Source of the DNA: Colwellia sp. 1_MG-2023
Lineage (GTDB): Bacteria > Pseudomonadota > Gammaproteobacteria > Enterobacterales > Alteromonadaceae
NCBI RefSeq assembly: GCF_030546755.1
Contig: NZ_JAUOPE010000005.1
Location: 8,411 to 32,410 of the forward strand
Length of the DNA: 24,000 nucleotides
Direction of reading: 5' to 3'
In this document: positions 20,027 through 24,000 of the stretch, one piece after another
How positions within the stretch are numbered: position 1 is the stretch's first letter
How the letters are laid out: every line of letters begins with the position of its first letter
Translations under genes and position numbers: made by a program
The notes under the pieces: model-generated
Seen by the model: the letters and a program-made list of their open reading frames with translations, nothing else
What the model was told of the DNA's origin: nothing
Database searches by the model: none

Positions 20027-20129
20027 AGCGGTTTCCTTGATACTTTTTAGTATTAATTATCAGTAAATTAACTTTAGAGTACGTGATAAGTTTGCTCAAT
20101 TCAAATACTGATCTGATGAAAAAGTATGA

Positions 20130-20597
20130 CTATTTAGCCTTTACAATAATTTCTTCAACTTTTTCGACTAAGTTATCTATTTTTTTTTCAAGTTTTTTAT
20201 TATGCTCTAGCAGCTCTTTATTCTGTTTTCTAAGTTCTCTGTTTTTTACATTAGTGTCTGAAAAACCAACAAATTTATTAACAAATTGTGCACCAACAAA
20301 ACCTACCATACCCACGCCGATATAAAACATTGCAGCAACGATAATACGCCCTGGCAATGTGACTGGATAAAAATCACCAAAGCCGATGGTACTCGCACTC
20401 ATTTGTAGGGTCCAAAAGGCATCTTTATATGATTTGATATTACTGTGTTCAGAGGAAAATTCGTAGTGATATAAAGGAAATGAAAGTGCTGCAATTATTC
20501 CATAAAGAACAACGATGGTAATAAGTAATAAATAAAATGAGTTATAGTTTTTAACACCAAATTCATCGATGGTATAAGATTTTAATGATGGCTTCAT
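20130..20597 (-). CDS. Minimal 2-TM potassium channel (KcsA-like pore module) with C-terminal coiled coil
   Basis: TM1 (FYLLLITIVVLYGIIAALSF), pore helix plus selectivity filter FWTLQMSASTIGFGDFYP, TM2 (IIVAAMFYIGVGMVGFVGAQFV), then a K/E/L-rich heptad tail. Confidence 0.75.
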   Translation of the reverse strand: MKPSLKSYTIDEFGVKNYNSFYLLLITIVVLYGIIAALSFPLYHYEFSSEHSNIKSYKDAFWTLQMSASTIGFGDFYPVTLPGRIIVAAMFYIGVGMVGFVGAQFVNKFVGFSDTNVKNRELRKQNKELLEHNKKLEKKIDNLVEKVEEIIVKAK

Positions 20598-20610
20598 AAT
20601 AGTGGCTTTA

Positions 20611-20931
20611 TTATTTTTGGTTTACGTAGTGAATTAAATCATCCATCAATTTCTTTTTAATTTCCAGTTGTTGTTCAGGCGCTAACTGATATTTTTTACC
20701 TAAAGCAACGTAATCTTCGGCAGATAAACTCACGGTCAACCTTGGTCGCTTCGGCTTTTTATTGACTGGTAGACCTAAAATATCTCTTATTTTATCCGAA
20801 GGACTTAAGCCAACTTCTAGGGCTTCTTTTCTGATATCTAATTGAATTTTTTCATCCATATCAAACGCAACTTGCGTTGCTTTAGCCGCTTTTACGGAGG
20901 ACTGCCATTTTTCAGGTATCTTTCTACTCAC
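20611..20931 (-). CDS. 106-aa hypothetical protein with two ribbon-helix-helix-like segments (putative DNA-binding regulator); GTG start
   Basis: GTG at 20931 with GGAAG 7-8 nt upstream, and only 2 nt after the upstream gene's stop. Segment 1 is TQVAFDMDEKIQLDIRKEALEVGLSPSDKIRDILGL (beta strand, helix, G-x-S turn, helix). Segment 2 is RLTVSLSAEDYVALGKKYQLAPEQQLEIKKKLMDDL. The function is inference only. Confidence 0.5.
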   Translation of the reverse strand: MSRKIPEKWQSSVKAAKATQVAFDMDEKIQLDIRKEALEVGLSPSDKIRDILGLPVNKKPKRPRLTVSLSAEDYVALGKKYQLAPEQQLEIKKKLMDDLIHYVNQK

Positions 20932-20933
20932 AA

Positions 20934-21572
20934 TTAACTTCCCGGAAACATGTCGATAATATCAGTTGTTGGACGATATAACGTTAAAAAAACATCAGTG
21001 TCACCATCTTGCCAAACTTCTAACTCAATGCCTGCTGATTGCTCTTTATCTAACAGTTGATAAAGTTCAAATTGTTCACCGGCGTCTTTACCTTCATAAG
21101 CAGACAAACTTTCGCTACGATGATCTTTTCGGTGAAAATAACCGACGGTTGAAAAAATAGATTGTTGATATTGTTCGCTAGTCCAGCCTTGCGATAAAGC
21201 ACTATCTGTTTTACGGGTTAAAAAGGCTTGGCCAGGCTCATCAAATATTGTAGAGAATTCATCAAGATCAAATAAAGTCTCTACATCGTCATGTTGAATT
21301 TTAAGTAAAAATTTTAGGTAAGTTTTGTCATCAACATCTAACGTTAAATAAAGCTCGGTGTCATCATTGCCAGTGAGCACCCATTCAGTATCAACATGAT
21401 TTTCATATTCGTAGCTATTAACGCCAGTTACTTGAAATTGTTGATTTCTTAGGTTTTCAGGTAAAGCAAAACTGTCGGTTAAAACAATAATGTCGCCTGT
21501 TAATAAATCACTAACGTTATGAACTTGGCGGGCAGTTTCATCTTTTTTGAATATTTTTTTAAAAAAGCTCAT
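20934..21572 (-). CDS. YjfK-like protein (DUF2491-type; possibly DUF4178-related beta-rich N-domain)
   Basis: 212-aa ORF directly downstream of the yjfI/yjfJ homologues, in the same order as E. coli yjfIJK. The family assignment rests on position and general composition and has not been verified. Confidence 0.5.
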   Translation of the reverse strand: MSFFKKIFKKDETARQVHNVSDLLTGDIIVLTDSFALPENLRNQQFQVTGVNSYEYENHVDTEWVLTGNDDTELYLTLDVDDKTYLKFLLKIQHDDVETLFDLDEFSTIFDEPGQAFLTRKTDSALSQGWTSEQYQQSIFSTVGYFHRKDHRSESLSAYEGKDAGEQFELYQLLDKEQSAGIELEVWQDGDTDVFLTLYRPTTDIIDMFPGS

Positions 21573-21602
21573 GGCTATTCCAATACAATTTATTTCATAT
21601 AA

Positions 21603-21632
21603 CCGTCTACTGATAAATTATATAGCAGACGG
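21603..21632 (-). other. Imperfect stem-loop in the 83-nt gap after the PspA-like gene
   Basis: CCGTCTACTG ... TAGCAGACGG forms 6 perfect base pairs plus extension with one mismatch. On the minus strand it follows the stop of the IM30 gene. It may be a partial terminator or stabiliser. Confidence 0.3.
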
Positions 21633-21655
21633 CTAATATCTATGAACAATTAATA

Positions 21656-22345
21656 TTATTTTTGTTTTGCTTTTAAACGCGCTAATACTGAATTCGCATT
21701 ATTGTCAGTGGCGCCAATCCCGGCTTCTTTTAATTGAGCTTCTAGGGAGCTGTCTGAATTTTCAGACTCTAACACTTCAGCTGCTTTCATTTGGTCATCA
21801 AACTTTTGTTGTTTCGCTTTGATGCGCTCTAATGAATCTTTCGCGTTAAGTAACTTAGAATTACTTGACGAAAAGTTATCAGTGATGGCAGATGTGGCTT
21901 TTTGTACACTTTCCGTGGTTTTTACCATTGAAAGTTGACGCTTGTATTCTTGTACTTGGCGTTCACTCTTTTTCACTAATTCTTTTAAGCGGTTTGCATT
22001 GCCTTCAAAACTATCAAGGGCTTGCTGTTGTGTTGATAATTCACCTTCTAATGTTGAAATTTTCTCAGCTACAGCTAAAGCTAACGCTTCATCACCTTTA
22101 TCTAAGGCTTGAACCGCATAACCTTCGTGCTCAGTTATCTCACGTTTAATACGGTCAACTTCACGGCTTGATGCCATTTGTTGGGCCATAACGCCGGTTA
22201 AATCTCGTTTTGCTTTAGTTAAATGATTTTCTGCGTCACGAATTTCTTGTTCAAAAATTCTCGTCGCGTTTGCATCTACAATGGTTTCGCCAACTTCGGT
22301 TGCACCACCACGGATAGCGGTCATAATTTTTTTAAAAATGCTCAT
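21656..22345 (-). CDS. yjfJ: PspA/IM30 family protein (YjfJ-like)
   Basis: 229-aa all-helical coiled-coil ORF. N-terminal MSIFKKI...IRDAENHL and C-terminal LKEAGIGATDNNANSVLARLKAKQ parallel E. coli YjfJ (LAEAGIG...VLARL). Confidence 0.85.
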   Translation of the reverse strand: MSIFKKIMTAIRGGATEVGETIVDANATRIFEQEIRDAENHLTKAKRDLTGVMAQQMASSREVDRIKREITEHEGYAVQALDKGDEALALAVAEKISTLEGELSTQQQALDSFEGNANRLKELVKKSERQVQEYKRQLSMVKTTESVQKATSAITDNFSSSNSKLLNAKDSLERIKAKQQKFDDQMKAAEVLESENSDSSLEAQLKEAGIGATDNNANSVLARLKAKQK

Positions 22346-22371
22346 AATAATACTCCAAAAAAGGTGGTTGC

Positions 22372-22785
22372 TTAAACTAAGTAATCGCTCATGTCATCAA
22401 TCACTTCGATGGCATTGTTATTTAAAACAGCGAGTTCATGTTCGATATCATCAAACGTTGAGCCAATTGATAAAGCACCAAAAATGACATATTTATCGCC
22501 AATTTTTGAAAATGAAGAAAGCGGCATAGGGATATTCATCTCTAGCATACTTTCGTGCATCTCAGCTAAACACTCAGGTTTAACTTCTTCTGTGCCCCAT
22601 AAATAAGTGATGCATAATATTTGATCATCGGTTACTGAAACAAATACTGGTAACTCTTCACGGCCGATAACGGTAATCTGTAGTACGTCAACTTCGCCCG
22701 AAATTGGTTGACAGTCAAAAACCATCCCGGTTTCTGAGTTATCTGCCAATGCATTCAAATGGTTAGCAATTTTGTGAATATTCAT
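22372..22785 (-). CDS. yjfI: YjfI-like protein (DUF2170)
   Basis: I prefer the internal ATG at 22785 (MNIHKIANHL...) because GAGGAA lies 5-6 nt upstream and the resulting 137 aa matches YjfI size. The track start at 22842 sits inside the operator palindrome and adds 19 aa with no SD. Confidence 0.75.
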   Translation of the reverse strand: MNIHKIANHLNALADNSETGMVFDCQPISGEVDVLQITVIGREELPVFVSVTDDQILCITYLWGTEEVKPECLAEMHESMLEMNIPMPLSSFSKIGDKYVIFGALSIGSTFDDIEHELAVLNNNAIEVIDDMSDYLV

Positions 22786-22835
22786 GTTGTTCCTCATGTT
22801 TATCAAAGGGTCGTTGTAAAATGATATTAACCCGA

Positions 22836-22893
22836 CTGACATATTATGTCAGTGTTGTAAATTTAGCACTGTGACATAATATGTCAAGCAGTG
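22836..22893. promoter_or_regulatory. Twin palindromic operator-like sites TGACATA-N-TATGTCA upstream of the yjfI-like operon
   Basis: Site A at 22836-22852 is CTGACATA-T-TATGTCAG (8-bp perfect arms). Site B at 22872-22886 is TGACATA-A-TATGTCA (7-bp perfect arms), flanked by CACTG/CAGTG. The centres are 35 bp apart. Confidence 0.5.
22860..22887 (-). promoter_or_regulatory. Candidate sigma70 promoter of the yjfI-like operon (TTGACA-16 nt-TAAATT)
   Basis: The minus strand reads cTTGACAtattatgtcacagtgcTAAATTt. The -35 is a perfect TTGACA embedded in palindrome B, and the predicted start region falls in palindrome A. Confidence 0.3.
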
Positions 22894-22938
22894 AATGATA
22901 TTTATTTAAAATTATTTCATTCGTACCTAACTGAAATA

Positions 22939-24000
22939 TTATTGAGTATAAGCATTTTCAAGCCCTTGCTGGTTACGCCATGCTTTTTGATGCAGTTGAT
23001 AAATAGTATGACTGCCCAAGTAATTAATTTGAATTTCTTTTTCAATTTGATAAAAATTTTGTGAGAATTCAAAAGCACCTAATAACATAGGTAAGGTTAA
23101 CCATTGCTGTTTTACTTGAAATTTATCAAGTGCTTGTAGTCTTGCAAGAGGACTTAAACCTCGCTTAGAAGCTATTGTCCAACCCCATTCTCCAAAACTC
23201 GGCACATTGTCGTGATATTGCTGCACATCGGAGAAATCAGCGGCTTTTACAGTTTTCCCTATAGAAATAAATGCTTCTTTAGCATGATATGGGCTAGTCG
23301 ACTGTATGGCGAGTAATCCATCAGCTGAAAGTAGCTGGTTTAATCGTGCATAAAAATTTACTGAGTAAAGCTTGTTTAAATCTGGATGACTTGGGTCAGG
23401 TAAATCAACAATGATACTGTCAAAAGATTTTTGCTGTGTTAGTAAATTATCAATGGCGATAAATGCATCACTATAAATTAATTCTACGTTTGGGTGAGAA
23501 AGACTTTGTTGATTCAGCCTACTTATCTTGCGAGCAAGCGGAGCAGGTAATTTATCACTAGGTTGTTTAAACAGCTCAATCAGCTCTTGATCTAAGTCGA
23601 TTAAAGTCACGTGTTCGGGCTGCCAAGCTAGAACATCTCTTAATGCTAAGCCATCACCACCACCAATAATTAAAATATTCTCTTGTCGGGCAGAGCCAGC
23701 AAGTGCAGGAGCAACCAAATAATTATGATAAATATGTTCATCTGATGACGAAAACTGTAATCGTCCATTGAGATAAAAATTAATGATGGGCTGTTGTTCT
23801 AACCCCATTTGACGTTCAGTGAAAGTGAGTTGTTGATAACGAGTTTTATCAGTGTAAACCACATTATCTAAATACAATAAATTACTTAATTGCATTAACC
23901 AATGATTACCTTGTTGGTAAATGAAAATAATACCAACGAGTAACAAACAATGAAAACCGACTAAAAGCTTACGCCAATGTAGTTGTTGCCAATAACAAAA
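22939..24000 (-). CDS. Spermidine-synthase-like aminopropyltransferase, probably with an N-terminal membrane domain; 5' end outside the window
   Basis: ILIIGGGDGLALRDVL (SAM-binding GGGDG motif) and IIVDLPDP (D.tDP-type motif) match the SpeE family. The reading frame stays open from 23946 to the window edge (…FCYWQQLHWRKLLVGFHC-LLLVGIIF…), so the track's TTG start is probably not the real start. Confidence 0.75.
   Translation of the reverse strand, partial: FCYWQQLHWRKLLVGFHCLLLVGIIFIYQQGNHWLMQLSNLLYLDNVVYTDKTRYQQLTFTERQMGLEQQPIINFYLNGRLQFSSSDEHIYHNYLVAPALAGSARQENILIIGGGDGLALRDVLAWQPEHVTLIDLDQELIELFKQPSDKLPAPLARKISRLNQQSLSHPNVELIYSDAFIAIDNLLTQQKSFDSIIVDLPDPSHPDLNKLYSVNFYARLNQLLSADGLLAIQSTSPYHAKEAFISIGKTVKAADFSDVQQYHDNVPSFGEWGWTIASKRGLSPLARLQALDKFQVKQQWLTLPMLLGAFEFSQNFYQIEKEIQINYLGSHTIYQLHQKAWRNQQGLENAYTQ

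Noticed and set aside
20083-20325. Track ORF 20083-20325 (+), an S/F/L-rich 80-aa product opposite the K+ channel gene
   Set aside because: It is the low-complexity antisense reading of the coiled-coil-encoding K/E/L codons. The channel frame has a clear selectivity filter.
20966-22606. Track ORFs 20966-21160 (+), 21892-22149 (+), 22281-22487 (+) and 22391-22606 (+), opposite the yjfK/yjfJ/yjfI-like genes
   Set aside because: They are antisense shadows of a tightly packed operon and carry no motifs.
22786-22842. 19-aa N-terminal extension of the yjfI-like ORF (MSVGLISFYNDPLINMRNN) from the track start at 22842
   Set aside because: That ATG sits inside operator palindrome A with no SD. The ATG at 22785 has GAGGAA 5-6 nt upstream and gives a YjfI-sized protein.
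22786-22938. Search for a sigma54 (TGGCAC-N5-TTGCA) promoter upstream of the PspA-family operon, by analogy with E. coli pspA
   Set aside because: No GG-N10-GC element was seen on the coding strand. A sigma70-like TTGACA-16-TAAATT is present instead.

Overview
This is a 24 kb chromosomal segment from a low-GC, AT-rich gammaproteobacterium. The gene content and protein style look like a marine Alteromonadales organism (Colwellia/Thalassotalea-like), but that is inference only and no search was run. All family calls come from motifs read by eye.

Most of the window is housekeeping:
- 3' end of frmA plus frmB (formaldehyde detoxification)
- cca
- an ExeA/GspA-type ATPase fused to a GspB-like C-terminus
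- an HD-GYP protein
- a complete leuABCD operon with a leader peptide and attenuator that I could reconstruct
- a divergent ygiM/ygiF pair
- an L,D-transpeptidase, an HDOD protein and a Braun-type lipoprotein (lpp)

Two regions look accessory or unusual.
1. 11.2-15.3 kb is a visibly more AT-rich surface-glycan islet. It holds a secreted tandem DM9-like repeat gene broken by one in-frame TAA, a TagB/TagF-like glycerophosphotransferase, a GT25 glycosyltransferase and an orphan Wzi-like outer-membrane protein.
2. 20.1-24.0 kb is the best candidate for an undescribed system. It is a tightly packed minus-strand operon of YjfI-like (DUF2170), PspA/IM30 (YjfJ-like), YjfK-like, a 106-aa protein with two ribbon-helix-helix-like segments, and a minimal 2-TM K+ channel. 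A membrane-anchored spermidine-synthase-like gene lies just upstream. The operon is fronted by twin perfect palindromes (TGACATA-N-TATGTCA) that overlap a sigma70-like promoter.

I saw no rRNA, tRNA, CRISPR array, transposase or integrase.
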